Shown: positions 37,861 to 48,998, numbered from the stretch's first letter. The stretch: DNA of 63,022 nucleotides from a virus (IMGVR_UViG_3300027857_000019:1-63022), one strand, 5' to 3'. Numbers and translations are program-made. The notes: generated from the letters alone by a model not told the origin.

Positions 37861-39720
37861 ATGAGACTCCTAACTGGCACGGCCCTTTGCCTCTTCATGG
37901 CTATGCAGGGGGCCGTCGCTCAAGTCCCAGGCATCCCCATGCAAGGCTCGGATATGGTCTCCAATGGTCGAGCCATCATCAATAACGCCTTTCTTTTCCT
38001 GGGCAATGGCAAAGTCGCACGTTGGACAGGAGTAGGAGCACCAGGGTCAATCCCGCTGAGCGTACAGGGAGATCTCTACTACGACACGTCGGGCCTGCAC
38101 ACCTACGCCTGTTACTCAACAGTCTGCTCAACGGCTCCGAATTGGGCTCGCATCGACGGGCTCGTAACAGCGCCAGGTTCAAACGGGCAGTTGGTTTACA
38201 ATCTTTCGACGGCTTTCGCGGCGTTTACTCCAGGCGGAGATGTGACGTTTACCGCGCCAAATTTCACGGTAACGGGCACAGGCGGGGTCGCATTCGCCCC
38301 TTCCGCGACCACGAACGCTTTGAACGCTTCCAATATTTCCAGCGGCACGCTTCCCGCAGCACGGCTCCCGGCGACGGTTTTCCAGACTAATCAGAGCAAC
38401 ACGGTCACGACCGGCACGCAAGACTTTAGCGCGAGTCTTCACTTCATCCCGAAAACGGCCGCCAATGTTGGCGCACTGCCAGCTACAGGCTGTGCCGCCG
38501 GCGAAATAGCAATGGTCCTATCGGCTACTCTGGGACAGCAAATCTACGAGAATTCGGGTACCGGGGCCTGTGTATGGACGCAACAAGGAGGAGGCGGCGG
38601 TGGCGGCGCTTCGTGGGCATCCCAATTAAACGACTGGCTCATTACGCGCACATCGGCTACCGTTCTGACTATCTGTCAAGGCGCTTCGAGCACGACTCCC
38701 TGCGCCTTTCGCATTGGAACGCGAGTCTGGACATTTACCGCCGCCTCCACGGTCACTCTAACGACCGGCACAGGCTTGGCCTACATCGCGGGCGATGCTT
38801 CAGGAGTGATTGGAGTCTATGTCAATACGGCAAATTTCACGAGCGTCGCGTGCTCGGGTTGCACCGTGTTCAATGCGACTCAAGCCCCTACTGATGGAGT
38901 TGTGTTCGCCTCCTGGAATGCGACGGCGAATACATGGGACTCGACAGGAACTGATCTGCGGGCAGTCTTCAGTAATCGCGGCAAATTCGTGGCTTCAGCA
39001 ACGATCACTCCAGTAATCACTTCCGATTCGATCTCATTCAATGCCTTAGGCGGCGGTCCCACGCCCTCAGGCTTCTACCTGACTTCTGGCGGGACCTCGT
39101 ATTGTGGGCCGACGTTCCAGGTATGCACTCCTGCGAGTGGGCTAACGATCCTGACAACGGCGGGAAGTTCGACCGTCAACGCAAGCGGCGGTACCCAGGT
39201 GATTCAAGCGAAAGCAGCGGCAGGCGACAACATCATAGCAGTAGGGCAGGCCATTGCTGGCGGCAATACTTCCCTAACCGTGGCCGTCAACTGCTCGGCA
39301 TTTCCTTCAGCCAATAGCGTGTATCCGCAATGTGGCGTTGGGTTCAGGGAGTCTGCCACTGGGAAACTGGTCTTTATCGCGCAGCCTTTTTACAACCACC
39401 TTCAAGGCGGTTCGAGCGGCCTGACGCTCTATTCATTCACCAATCAAACGACCTTCGCTTCCACTCTCAGTTCAAACACCTTCACCTACATCGGCATGGG
39501 CACGATCTGGTGGGCGAAGTTGACGTGCTCGGTTGCCGGTTGCGCTACTGGCAATATCACAATTCAGACAAGCCCTGACGGGGTGAACTGGTCGCAGGGA
39601 TTCACTGAGGCAGTGGGTGGCCACTTCACGACAGCGCCGAATCAGTGGTACGCCTATGGTTCCAGTTCCTCTACGGACAACGATCTGTACGTTGACATCA
39701 TGAGCTTCCTGGTCCAATGA
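37861..39720 (+). CDS. Signal-peptide-bearing fibre/adhesin-like protein (619 aa)
   Basis: MRLLTGTALCLFMAMQGAVA-Q; GDLYYDTS and ASNISSGTLPAARLP fibre motifs; lectin-like C-terminus (TSPDGVNWS). Confidence 0.7.
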   Translation: MRLLTGTALCLFMAMQGAVAQVPGIPMQGSDMVSNGRAIINNAFLFLGNGKVARWTGVGAPGSIPLSVQGDLYYDTSGLHTYACYSTVCSTAPNWARIDGLVTAPGSNGQLVYNLSTAFAAFTPGGDVTFTAPNFTVTGTGGVAFAPSATTNALNASNISSGTLPAARLPATVFQTNQSNTVTTGTQDFSASLHFIPKTAANVGALPATGCAAGEIAMVLSATLGQQIYENSGTGACVWTQQGGGGGGGASWASQLNDWLITRTSATVLTICQGASSTTPCAFRIGTRVWTFTAASTVTLTTGTGLAYIAGDASGVIGVYVNTANFTSVACSGCTVFNATQAPTDGVVFASWNATANTWDSTGTDLRAVFSNRGKFVASATITPVITSDSISFNALGGGPTPSGFYLTSGGTSYCGPTFQVCTPASGLTILTTAGSSTVNASGGTQVIQAKAAAGDNIIAVGQAIAGGNTSLTVAVNCSAFPSANSVYPQCGVGFRESATGKLVFIAQPFYNHLQGGSSGLTLYSFTNQTTFASTLSSNTFTYIGMGTIWWAKLTCSVAGCATGNITIQTSPDGVNWSQGFTEAVGGHFTTAPNQWYAYGSSSSTDNDLYVDIMSFLVQ

Positions 39721-42700
39721 GAGACTTCGTTAGTACGTTCCTAAAAGCGTGGGCTCTGTTACTGCTCTGTATGTTCCTCGCGGCCGCACTGCTAGTATTT
39801 ATTCCAATAGCTCAGGCCGCGACCACCATCAATTCGATCTCCACCACGCCGACCCAGGCAATCGTGGCCGTGACGCGCCCTACCGCGAATCCTCTCACGG
39901 CAATCAAGGTGAGCGAAGATCCGGCATTTGGAACCATCCTTGACGATGTGAACCCCGCACTGTTCGCCAACGCGGATCAAGAGGCAGCGCACCTCGCAGT
40001 GCCGACGACAGTCAGCGGATCAAACACTATCGTCATCCTCCGTATCGGCCTGCGTACCTCTCAGCAATCCCTAACTGGCAGTGCGCCTGATAGCAAATGG
40101 CACTCGCGGGCGCTGGCGGCCTCAACGCACTACTACGTCACTGTTACCGGCGATGCTCCGGCGACAGGCGAGTTCGTCACGGCGACTACAGCCGGGATCG
40201 CGCCGGAAGGTCCTCCGCTTGATCCGAATGGCTTCGGACAGATGGGCAATTGCGAATACACGGACTTTTCCAAGCCTTGCATCGAGCCGCACACCGGACA
40301 AAAGATTTACTCCACCGACCCGAACGCCTGGGGTTCAAGCGCCATCGTGCCAATCAAGCCCCTCTGGTACTCTGGCGGAACGGGTTGGACGAACCTCTCG
40401 AATATCGCAGCCTATAGCGGAGCCGGGGCCACGACGGGGAATACGAATACGGTCTGCGTCTATCTTGGGGTTGACGGGAGCGTGTACAACAATTCCGCCA
40501 CGTTCGGCGCAACGGCGGGGTACTGGCCCTACAATAACCTGACCGATCTTGCGCTGGACTTGTACGGCGCCGGATCAGATGCCAGCGGGACAAACCGAAC
40601 AGTCCAAGGCGCTCTCTCGCTTGATTCCTGCCAAACCGCGTACACTCCGGCTCAGACGGTCGCGCTTCCGCATACGGCTCAGGCAGCCTCGGGAACACTG
40701 CCGAGCACGTACCCGAGCGCCTACTTCGCATCGTGGGGCGGAAAGGCTCTTCCACGCGCCGCCATGCCGCACCAAGGCTATGTGACGGCTTCGGCTGGAG
40801 TCGTAACGCTTACCGACACGGTGAGCGATGCTTTCGGTCACAGCATACCGATTGGGAATACGGCCCAAAGCGTCAACGCATACTTTGACAAGGACTGGGT
40901 AGCCGGAACCAAACTGCTCATCCCTGGCGGGAGCGCCAATTCAGGTGGCGCTTGCGTGAATGATTTTTGCACGATTGCCAGCGTGCAGAATGGGACACAC
41001 CTAACGCTTGTGGAGAATCTAACGATTGGGGTAGGGTCCACTGGATGTTCGGTGAGTTCATCCGGCTCAACCGGCTGCTACTACCACTCCGCTGGACTAG
41101 CGGCAATCCTGCAAAAGACCAACGCGACAGGGACGATCACCTTCAGCGCCCGCTGGAAAGTCGCGCAGTCTTATCCCCAGGATATTTGGACAGGCGGCCA
41201 TGCTATCGTTCCGGTGACGGCTTCAGACGGCTGCACGGGCTATCCGGCAATCTTCCCAAGCAACCGGCAGGAGGTCGGAGCGCTCTACCTCTCCTGTACC
41301 AGCGGCACGAACTCTCCTTCGTTGCGACTGATCTCTCAGTTTCCGAACAACGGCTGCACGAACGGGAGTTCGAACGATTGCCCTAGCGGCGCGATTCAGA
41401 ACCTTGGTCCCACTACTCCCCAGTTCGATCCGGTGGACCCGTCCCTTATGTACGTGACCAAGCCGACAAACGGCGGCCATACCGGATTGTTCAAAGTGAA
41501 GTACAACGCGACCGGAACATCATGCGGCGGCAGCGCGTGCGGCTGGCTCCCTTGGACTCACTGGAACACTCCATATTCTTCGACTACCATCGCCGCGCCA
41601 GTCACCAACGAGTTGACGTGGACGAACCTAACGCCATTTGTCGGCGGTCAGGATCTTCGCAGTCAGATCCTTGCGAATACCAACTACAGCGAAACATTGT
41701 GGGGGCCGCTCACCGGCTTCAACACGGCTGGCCTGGCTGGTCCGTTCATGATCCTCTACGTCCTTTCAGGCGGCCAGAATGTCACTGGCTGGATGTTCGC
41801 GTTCTGCACCTCGAGCGCCGGGGTATGTTCCGGTCCTGGCCCTGGAGGCTTTTACAAGGCATGGCGCACGGATGACTCAACGGCTGGCGGGACGGACGTT
41901 TCGAACGGAGCGCTGCGGTACAGCGGGATACACGCCATCACGCCGCTCTTTGGTTCGACCGTGGCTAACGGATCGGCCTTTCTGCTCTCGACTCACACGC
42001 TAAATGCCGGGACCTCGACCATCCTCAATAGTGGCCCTTACACCGGGACAATCACTGCCGTGAGCCGCGGCGGCGTCTTTAGCTCGAATACCGCGCTCCC
42101 CTGGCCGATTGATGGAACCTATGACAATACATGCCCTGGTGGATTGCCAGCGTGGGTAGTGGCTCGCGGGGCAGTCGGCAACCAGTGCGTACTTGTCCAG
42201 GGACAGTTGCCGTGTAACACCTTTGCGGGCGCGGCAGAGGCGGCCGCGCAGCCCTGCCCATACAACTCATCTTGGGGCTATATCAGTGCGGCCGGTGGAA
42301 CCAGCGGCCTTGAAGTTGGCGACTTTGGGAAGGACAATTCGGGCGATGCCGGCGGATTTGGTGGGGAAGATGACGAGGGCTTCATGGTCGTGACTACGCC
42401 CACGCTTGTCAGCGGGAGCACCTACCAGTGGTACATGCAACGTAATGCCAACTTCTCCTATTGCGCGTTCGGTAACGCGCAGTCCGTTCCGCCAAAGGAC
42501 GGCATTCAGTCTGCGGCGCAACTCCAGCACGCAAATGGCTGGGGATACCACATGGTTCCGCGCGACGGCTGCGCTGGCGGCTCTGCTCTGCTCGTGGATA
42601 TCGCAGGCAATAATGGCTACGCCTACAACTTCAATTTAATCACCGGGCATTTCGACGCTACCAATGTGGGACCGCAGGCGACCAGCATCATTGGCGCGGG

Positions 42701-43823
42701 GGCGCAACTACCGGACTTCTCCTTCATTTACAACATTCAGTCGCAATTCCCGTGGAGTTCCATTCCGAATCCGCGCAGTTCGTATCAAATACAAGGGCCG
42801 AAGTTCGCCGGATACAATTCGGACTTGGCTATCCAGTCCTACTCGAACACGAACCAAGCGGCGGCATCCGCGCTTCTAAAGCAGTACGCATTTGACTTTT
42901 CGACCTTCAACGCCGCGACTGGGGGTGATCTGGAATCTCCAGGGCAAACCATCGGAAGCCCGTTCGGAGCCTCACTGCAAGGCGGGACCACGGGCGTTTA
43001 TAGTTTGACCATTAGCGGGACTCCCGACATCAAGCATCAGAATCTCAACGTGTGGGTCGGGCGGCGGATGCTGATCGATATTTCCAGTCCCACGCTGGGC
43101 AATACAATCACCGACGCCAATGCGTACCGTTATTGCTACGCTTACAAGGCTGGCGAATGCCGCATCGGATCGGCGCAGGGAACGCTCTACGTCGCCGTTC
43201 CGTACCTCGATGTGGTTGACAGCCCGACGCAGTGCTGGGCTTCCCAGATGAACCTGAATATCCCGTGCGCGTTCGCCGGACCAACCGAGGGAGGTCAGGG
43301 CCGACAGGTCTACATGGGCTCATCTGACGGCGCGGCAGCACGGCAACGCTACCTCGGCTGGCTCGGCATGGGGCCTGGGCAGCAACAGGTGTACTCGAAG
43401 ATACTGCCAACGCCGGACGGGCTCTTCGGGCTGTTTGGCAGCTATGTGACCAACGGTTACGATACGACTCTGAAGATGGTCCAATTGCCGCCTCCAGCGA
43501 ACGATTCGGTCTCTAGGTCCACTTTTGTACCAGTTTCTGTCCAGTGTCCCACTGGAAGCACGTGCATTGCAGAGTTCGGATACGATGAGACCGGCTACGA
43601 CCACGCGAATAAGTTCTACTGCACGACCCGCGCTGAAAACTGCCGAGTAGTGAGCCCGACGATCAACGAAGCGAGCCCGTTCAGTTTCCCGTTTCCGACT
43701 GACGCAGCTCTCACGCCGGTAAGCGGTTCTATCCTGATTCCCGCGCTGCCGGGGCACGTGCTGTACTACCGTCTCATCATCGGCGGAAATCCAGGCCCAA
43801 CTCAGGTTGTGGCTGTGCAATGA
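39717..43823 (+). CDS. Large secreted Cys-rich beta protein (1368 aa)
   Basis: Hydrophobic N-terminus ending IAQA; many close Cys pairs; FN3-like start (LAASTHYYVTV). Confidence 0.7.
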   Translation: MRDFVSTFLKAWALLLLCMFLAAALLVFIPIAQAATTINSISTTPTQAIVAVTRPTANPLTAIKVSEDPAFGTILDDVNPALFANADQEAAHLAVPTTVSGSNTIVILRIGLRTSQQSLTGSAPDSKWHSRALAASTHYYVTVTGDAPATGEFVTATTAGIAPEGPPLDPNGFGQMGNCEYTDFSKPCIEPHTGQKIYSTDPNAWGSSAIVPIKPLWYSGGTGWTNLSNIAAYSGAGATTGNTNTVCVYLGVDGSVYNNSATFGATAGYWPYNNLTDLALDLYGAGSDASGTNRTVQGALSLDSCQTAYTPAQTVALPHTAQAASGTLPSTYPSAYFASWGGKALPRAAMPHQGYVTASAGVVTLTDTVSDAFGHSIPIGNTAQSVNAYFDKDWVAGTKLLIPGGSANSGGACVNDFCTIASVQNGTHLTLVENLTIGVGSTGCSVSSSGSTGCYYHSAGLAAILQKTNATGTITFSARWKVAQSYPQDIWTGGHAIVPVTASDGCTGYPAIFPSNRQEVGALYLSCTSGTNSPSLRLISQFPNNGCTNGSSNDCPSGAIQNLGPTTPQFDPVDPSLMYVTKPTNGGHTGLFKVKYNATGTSCGGSACGWLPWTHWNTPYSSTTIAAPVTNELTWTNLTPFVGGQDLRSQILANTNYSETLWGPLTGFNTAGLAGPFMILYVLSGGQNVTGWMFAFCTSSAGVCSGPGPGGFYKAWRTDDSTAGGTDVSNGALRYSGIHAITPLFGSTVANGSAFLLSTHTLNAGTSTILNSGPYTGTITAVSRGGVFSSNTALPWPIDGTYDNTCPGGLPAWVVARGAVGNQCVLVQGQLPCNTFAGAAEAAAQPCPYNSSWGYISAAGGTSGLEVGDFGKDNSGDAGGFGGEDDEGFMVVTTPTLVSGSTYQWYMQRNANFSYCAFGNAQSVPPKDGIQSAAQLQHANGWGYHMVPRDGCAGGSALLVDIAGNNGYAYNFNLITGHFDATNVGPQATSIIGAGAQLPDFSFIYNIQSQFPWSSIPNPRSSYQIQGPKFAGYNSDLAIQSYSNTNQAAASALLKQYAFDFSTFNAATGGDLESPGQTIGSPFGASLQGGTTGVYSLTISGTPDIKHQNLNVWVGRRMLIDISSPTLGNTITDANAYRYCYAYKAGECRIGSAQGTLYVAVPYLDVVDSPTQCWASQMNLNIPCAFAGPTEGGQGRQVYMGSSDGAAARQRYLGWLGMGPGQQQVYSKILPTPDGLFGLFGSYVTNGYDTTLKMVQLPPPANDSVSRSTFVPVSVQCPTGSTCIAEFGYDETGYDHANKFYCTTRAENCRVVSPTINEASPFSFPFPTDAALTPVSGSILIPALPGHVLYYRLIIGGNPGPTQVVAVQ

Positions 43824-45865
43824 AGGAGATCCTAATGCGATTGGTTTTGCTTTTCCTCTGCGCCGCTTCTCTATGGGCGCAGTACATTCCTCCAGGCGGC
43901 GGCACAGGCAACGGCATCACAAACGTTACATCCCTGCCGGCGACTTGCACGGCCAGCGGCTCTCCCAACGTGGTGTTCCTAACCACTGGAACGGTGGGTC
44001 CCTACGCTTGCCTCGCACCAAACACATGGACCTTCATCGGTACAGGTGGCAACACGCCGGGGGTCGCGGGCTACACGCTCTGCGCGAGTGGCTGCAATAC
44101 GACGATACCGGCGAGTGGGACAACCATCGCGGCGGCGACGCATGGACAGGGGCTTTACCCGTTCATCGGCGAATGTCTGGACGGTTCGGGGATTGCGATG
44201 GCCTGCAACTCCACGGTTAACACGACAACCGGGGCGCTGACGTTGAACTATTCCAGCGCTCCGTCTCAGGTGACTATCGTGGGCGCGACGGGCGGCTTCG
44301 CGAATCCCTTAACAACGCTCGGTGATCTGATGTATGAGAACGCCACGCCTGCCCCAACGCGGTTGGCGGGGAACACAACCAGCGCTCTGAACGTCCTGAC
44401 TCAGACCGGCACAGGCTCAGTAAGCGCCGCTCCCGCCTGGACGACTCTAGCGACAGCCGGGATTGCTCCGTCTTCCACGGCCGTCACAGCGTCAAGCCCT
44501 GGGGTAGGAATTGCCCATTTCGCCGGATCGACTCAGGCAGTTACCAGTTCTACCATCGTAGCCGCCGACATCGCCGCCAATACGATTACGTCGGGACAAG
44601 TGAACAACTCGATTGCGCTCACGGGCACCGACATTAACACGTCCAACCAAGTCACAGCTACTCATCTTGCCGCTCCACTCCCGCTCGCGCAGGGTGGAAC
44701 GAATTGCGCGACGCCGTATGCCATCAATCCGCAGACTACGACCTATCAGGTTGTCGCAGTGGATTTCACTTGTTCCAAGACGATCTCTGTTGCCTCTGGA
44801 ACGTTCACCATCACACTAGTCGCTTCCGGTTCGCAGCCTGTGGCTGGTTCTTATATTCAGGTTGTCAACTACGGTTCTGGCGTAGTCACCATCGCTCGGA
44901 GTGGACAGAATATAAACGGTGGCACCAGCAGTTTGACCCTTGAAGCGGCCAGCGCTACGATTCCTTCGGACTGCTTTATTCAATCCGACGGTACCAATTA
45001 TTTCGCATCTTGCGGGGCCGGAAATGCCCTCACGACCCAAGGAGATCTCAGCGTAGCCGGAGTAAATGGTATACCGTCTAGGCTAGCCGTTGGAGGGGCT
45101 ACAACCCTACTTCATGGCGGGGCTTCGACGCCCGCATATAGCGCACTTGCCTTAGCCGATACGCCATTGACCACCCGCGGCGATCTGCTGGTCGCGAATT
45201 CCACTCCAGCGCTCGGTAGACTCGCAATCGGCGCGGCGAATACGGTCCTGCACGGAAGCGCGACCGACCCTACGTATAGCGCCGTGGTGGGCGGAGACTT
45301 CGGTTCCTCGATCGCCGCGCGCGCGGGGCTGAATAATGCGACGGCCGCTGCGGCAGCGCCCACGTTCTCGACCACCGCCGACTTCCTCGCCTACCAGGTC
45401 GCCGAGATTCCGCAGGTTGTCTTCATGAATGCGGATTTCACGACATCGGGCGTCGGTACGGCACTCGAAGCGATTACCGGCCTCACTTGGACACTTCCCG
45501 GCTCAACGGCGCTGAACGTCTCTTTCTCTTGCCATCTCATCTATCACCAGAATAGCGCCGCCGCTGCCGTAGCCTTTGGCACTCAGAACGCGACTACAGC
45601 GCCCACAAATTACGCCGCTAAGGGTGTGATTTACACTAGCGCGAGCGTCTTTGCGGCGGCGAATGTCGTCGCCAACACAGCGACAACGGCCGTCTCAGTG
45701 GTGAGCGGCACACCATCCGCGATCACGACCAACTGGAATGCTGATCTCGATGGCCTCATTGAGCAGCCGTCCGGCACGGCAAGCGTGTTCACAATTCGCG
45801 TCTCGACTGCCACGGCCGCAGATACCGTGACGGTTAAGAGAGGAAGTTTTTGCCGCGTGAATTAA
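43820..45865 (+). CDS. Signal-peptide-bearing tail-fibre-like protein (681 aa)
   Basis: MRLVLLFLCAASLWA-Q; three LTT(L/Q/R)GDL...RLA repeats; LPLAQGGT motif. Confidence 0.75.
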   Translation: MKEILMRLVLLFLCAASLWAQYIPPGGGTGNGITNVTSLPATCTASGSPNVVFLTTGTVGPYACLAPNTWTFIGTGGNTPGVAGYTLCASGCNTTIPASGTTIAAATHGQGLYPFIGECLDGSGIAMACNSTVNTTTGALTLNYSSAPSQVTIVGATGGFANPLTTLGDLMYENATPAPTRLAGNTTSALNVLTQTGTGSVSAAPAWTTLATAGIAPSSTAVTASSPGVGIAHFAGSTQAVTSSTIVAADIAANTITSGQVNNSIALTGTDINTSNQVTATHLAAPLPLAQGGTNCATPYAINPQTTTYQVVAVDFTCSKTISVASGTFTITLVASGSQPVAGSYIQVVNYGSGVVTIARSGQNINGGTSSLTLEAASATIPSDCFIQSDGTNYFASCGAGNALTTQGDLSVAGVNGIPSRLAVGGATTLLHGGASTPAYSALALADTPLTTRGDLLVANSTPALGRLAIGAANTVLHGSATDPTYSAVVGGDFGSSIAARAGLNNATAAAAAPTFSTTADFLAYQVAEIPQVVFMNADFTTSGVGTALEAITGLTWTLPGSTALNVSFSCHLIYHQNSAAAAVAFGTQNATTAPTNYAAKGVIYTSASVFAAANVVANTATTAVSVVSGTPSAITTNWNADLDGLIEQPSGTASVFTIRVSTATAADTVTVKRGSFCRVN

Positions 45866-45874
45866 CGAGCCCAT

Positions 45875-48841
45875 ATGAGAACAATCGTCATCTCAATCCT
45901 TCTATTTTCCGCGCTCTTTGCGCAGACCAAAGATTCTGACCAGCGGTTGCTGAACTCCAAAACCTTCGCCAACCTCGGCACGCCCGCCAACGGAGCTATC
46001 GTCTACTGCTCGGACTGCACTGCGGCTAATCCAACGGCCAGCGGCGGCACTGGGGCCGTAGTGCGCCGTGAGAACGGAGCATGGAACGGCGGCGGAGGGA
46101 GCGGCGGCGTGTCGTCTTTTACGGGTGACGGAACGCTAATTACCAATTCAGCTTCGACCGGAGCCGTCACAGCCACACTCGGCAAAACCTTTCAAGGCAA
46201 CGGGACCAAGCTACAATTGTCCACCGGCACGACTACGACTGGCGACTGCGTAAAGTTCGACGCGAACGGCAATACTATAGACTCTGGAGGAGCTTGCGGC
46301 GGCGGCGGATCTCCGGGAGGCTCAACCACGCAGTTTCAGTTTAACGATGCCAGTTCGTTTAATGGTACGGCTGGCTTCACCTGGGATAAAAACAATCCCG
46401 GCCTATCCCTATCCCTTATCAATCCCCTGCAAGGCAACGACGCCAACGACCGCCGAGGCGCGCGGTTCGCATTCACGACCGACTCCAGCACATCCAATCC
46501 GAACTTCTCGGATCAGAACGGGCTAGAAATTGTACAGACAATTCTCAACGGTCAGGCGACAAACGGTGGCGCGACGACAGCTAAGACTACCTTCCTAACC
46601 CTGAACCTCTCGCAGACCGGCTACGGCTCTGGCCAGAGAATCCCGTTTGGTATCGGCCAAATCTCATACGGCATGAGCGACAGCGGACTGATGAGTATTA
46701 CTAACCAATATGCCGGTGGTCCGGTCAATGGCGATGAGTGCGACGGGTGCTTTTCGACCGTCTCTTATTCGAAGCAGCAACCGTCTCTGGCGCTGACAAC
46801 TATCAGTAGTGTCGTGACTCCATCCACATGCAATACGACCAGCACGCAATCCATCACAGCAAACATAGCGGTTCAGACCGTCACTGTTGCAAGTTCGACA
46901 GGCTGCAACATCGGGAATTACGTCATCATCGGCCAGGAGGTTGCATCGGGCTCTCCCAATCTTGAAGCCGTCAAGATCACAGCGAGTGCGGCCGGAAGCA
47001 TTTCCGGCATCTTTCGCTATACCCATTCCAACGGAGTGACCGTCACGCCAGCTACGGTCCTGGCGGTTGCCGATGTCAGCAAGTTCGGACAAGACCGGGT
47101 ATTGGTCGATATGTCGGCTACGAGCTACACGACCGGCACTGTGGCGTCAATCTCCGGTGGTGGATTCACCGGCTCAGGGACTACCTGGGCGAACAATATG
47201 GTCGGCGGAACTGCAACCAATATCGGCTGCGTCTCGCTGACTAACGATAACTTCACGGTCACACCATTTGACAACGGCGCGAACATTCTGCGGTCTTGGT
47301 ACCAGATCACGAGTGTAACTTCGGCCACGAGCATTGGAATTTTCACCTACTCCGTTGCTGGTGATATGGCCTATCGTGGTAACGGGGTTGGATCGGGTGC
47401 GTATACGATTCGCCCTTGTGCGAGGGTGCTTCTGATAGAAAGCTCCGCAGGTTCATTCACCGGAAACGTGATTCTGGAGAACAACAGTTTCACTTGGACG
47501 GCGGCGGATAATATCGAAGTGGCGATAAGTCCGTACCCTGACGTGACCGGATTTCAGTACAACATTGCGGCTTGGACCCCTGGTGGAACGTATCGCCAGT
47601 TTATGAACGTCACCAACTCCGGGGCGCGTAAATTTTCAGGTGGGTTCAATTTGGTAAGTGCCCTTGCGGTTGGCGGCGGTGCAGACACAGTGGCTTGGGA
47701 TACAGGCTATGCTGTAGATAGTGCCAACACGGGCTTCTCAATCGGGGAAACTCGAACAGGGAACGCTTTCCTAGCAACCGCGACACCCACAAACTCAACA
47801 ACAAAGAAGCCTTGCTATAACTTTGTGGGAGCTGCCCTGGCTGGCGGAGTGTGCGCTGATTACGATACCGCCCTTGTCGGTCTCACGGGACAAAGCACCG
47901 ACAATCTTAGCACCGGGGGATTTGCAAAAGTTACGGTAGATTATGTAAACAACCCAGACGGTAAAGGAATTATTACCGCCGTTGGACATTTCACAATTGA
48001 TGGGTCGCGGGCTGGATCAAACGGCCCGCTAGTTACTATTAAATCTGCCAGCAACGACACCTTACAATTTGCCATGAATGCCGGGAGTACTACAGACACA
48101 GGGAGAGGCGGAACCATTGAAGAAGTTGTCAATTATCACCATGCCTCAGACCCATTTGTCAGTTATGGCTCGATGATTGAAACGGGCGTTCAGATGAATG
48201 ATGGAGCAAACAACACAGCGTTTGGGTCGTTTGGGGCCACGAAAATAGCGGCAAGCTCCTCACCCGCCACGAACGCAAGTTCTAATCTGATTTGGTACAA
48301 CGCCTCGGTTTGGACCGGATCAGTGGCGCGGAACACTTGGATGTTTAACAGGGCGTACCCAGGAGTCTCCGGTAACAACGCTCATGTGGAATGGCAAGTA
48401 GCCGGGTTAGATCCTGCTCAGACATGGAATGCTACTTTCCCGTCTGTTTTTGCTGGCGTGAATGACCAAGGAAAATTCAGGTTTGGAAATGAGAACCTTC
48501 CCCAGGCATCCTCGGTAATGGCTACGCTCGATCCAACCGGGTTGACTGCCTCTCGTCTCTTCACTATGCCAGACATGGCGGGAACCTTCGCCTTAGACTT
48601 GACAGGAACAACAGGAACCATCAGCGGTGCGGTAACTGCCGGAGTATGTGACTCAGGGACGGCTACGGTGACAGGAGCGACCACTGGAATGGGTGTGGTG
48701 GCAACACCTATAACTTATCCTGGAGACGGAACAGTGTGGTACGGTTACGTAAGTGGCTCCAACACTGTCACCGTCAAAGTTTGCGGTTTGACGGTTGTGA
48801 CCCCAAGCGCAAGTGCTTACAACGTGAGGGTGATTAAATGA
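45875..48841 (+). CDS. Signal-peptide-bearing tail-fibre-like protein (988 aa)
   Basis: MRTIVISILLFSALFA-Q; GDCVKFDANGN, GGSTTQFQFNDASSF and C-terminal TVTGATTG...NTVTVK fibre motifs. Confidence 0.75.
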   Translation: MRTIVISILLFSALFAQTKDSDQRLLNSKTFANLGTPANGAIVYCSDCTAANPTASGGTGAVVRRENGAWNGGGGSGGVSSFTGDGTLITNSASTGAVTATLGKTFQGNGTKLQLSTGTTTTGDCVKFDANGNTIDSGGACGGGGSPGGSTTQFQFNDASSFNGTAGFTWDKNNPGLSLSLINPLQGNDANDRRGARFAFTTDSSTSNPNFSDQNGLEIVQTILNGQATNGGATTAKTTFLTLNLSQTGYGSGQRIPFGIGQISYGMSDSGLMSITNQYAGGPVNGDECDGCFSTVSYSKQQPSLALTTISSVVTPSTCNTTSTQSITANIAVQTVTVASSTGCNIGNYVIIGQEVASGSPNLEAVKITASAAGSISGIFRYTHSNGVTVTPATVLAVADVSKFGQDRVLVDMSATSYTTGTVASISGGGFTGSGTTWANNMVGGTATNIGCVSLTNDNFTVTPFDNGANILRSWYQITSVTSATSIGIFTYSVAGDMAYRGNGVGSGAYTIRPCARVLLIESSAGSFTGNVILENNSFTWTAADNIEVAISPYPDVTGFQYNIAAWTPGGTYRQFMNVTNSGARKFSGGFNLVSALAVGGGADTVAWDTGYAVDSANTGFSIGETRTGNAFLATATPTNSTTKKPCYNFVGAALAGGVCADYDTALVGLTGQSTDNLSTGGFAKVTVDYVNNPDGKGIITAVGHFTIDGSRAGSNGPLVTIKSASNDTLQFAMNAGSTTDTGRGGTIEEVVNYHHASDPFVSYGSMIETGVQMNDGANNTAFGSFGATKIAASSSPATNASSNLIWYNASVWTGSVARNTWMFNRAYPGVSGNNAHVEWQVAGLDPAQTWNATFPSVFAGVNDQGKFRFGNENLPQASSVMATLDPTGLTASRLFTMPDMAGTFALDLTGTTGTISGAVTAGVCDSGTATVTGATTGMGVVATPITYPGDGTVWYGYVSGSNTVTVKVCGLTVVTPSASAYNVRVIK

Positions 48842-48998
48842 GTGATATCGCAATAATGAGTGTGTTCGTAATAGTCACAGTGACGTGGATAGCGTTCGAT
48901 GAACATCGCAGACGCAAACGTAACGGTCACACCCTGACCATCGGAGATCCAGAATGATCCTACGCCGCTCTGCACAACTGACAGACAAGGAAGGCAGG

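Noticed and set aside
37861-48841. Diversity-generating retroelement or shufflon acting on the fibre genes
   Set aside because: No reverse transcriptase or invertase, and no TR/VR pair or repeated crossover sites noticed by eye
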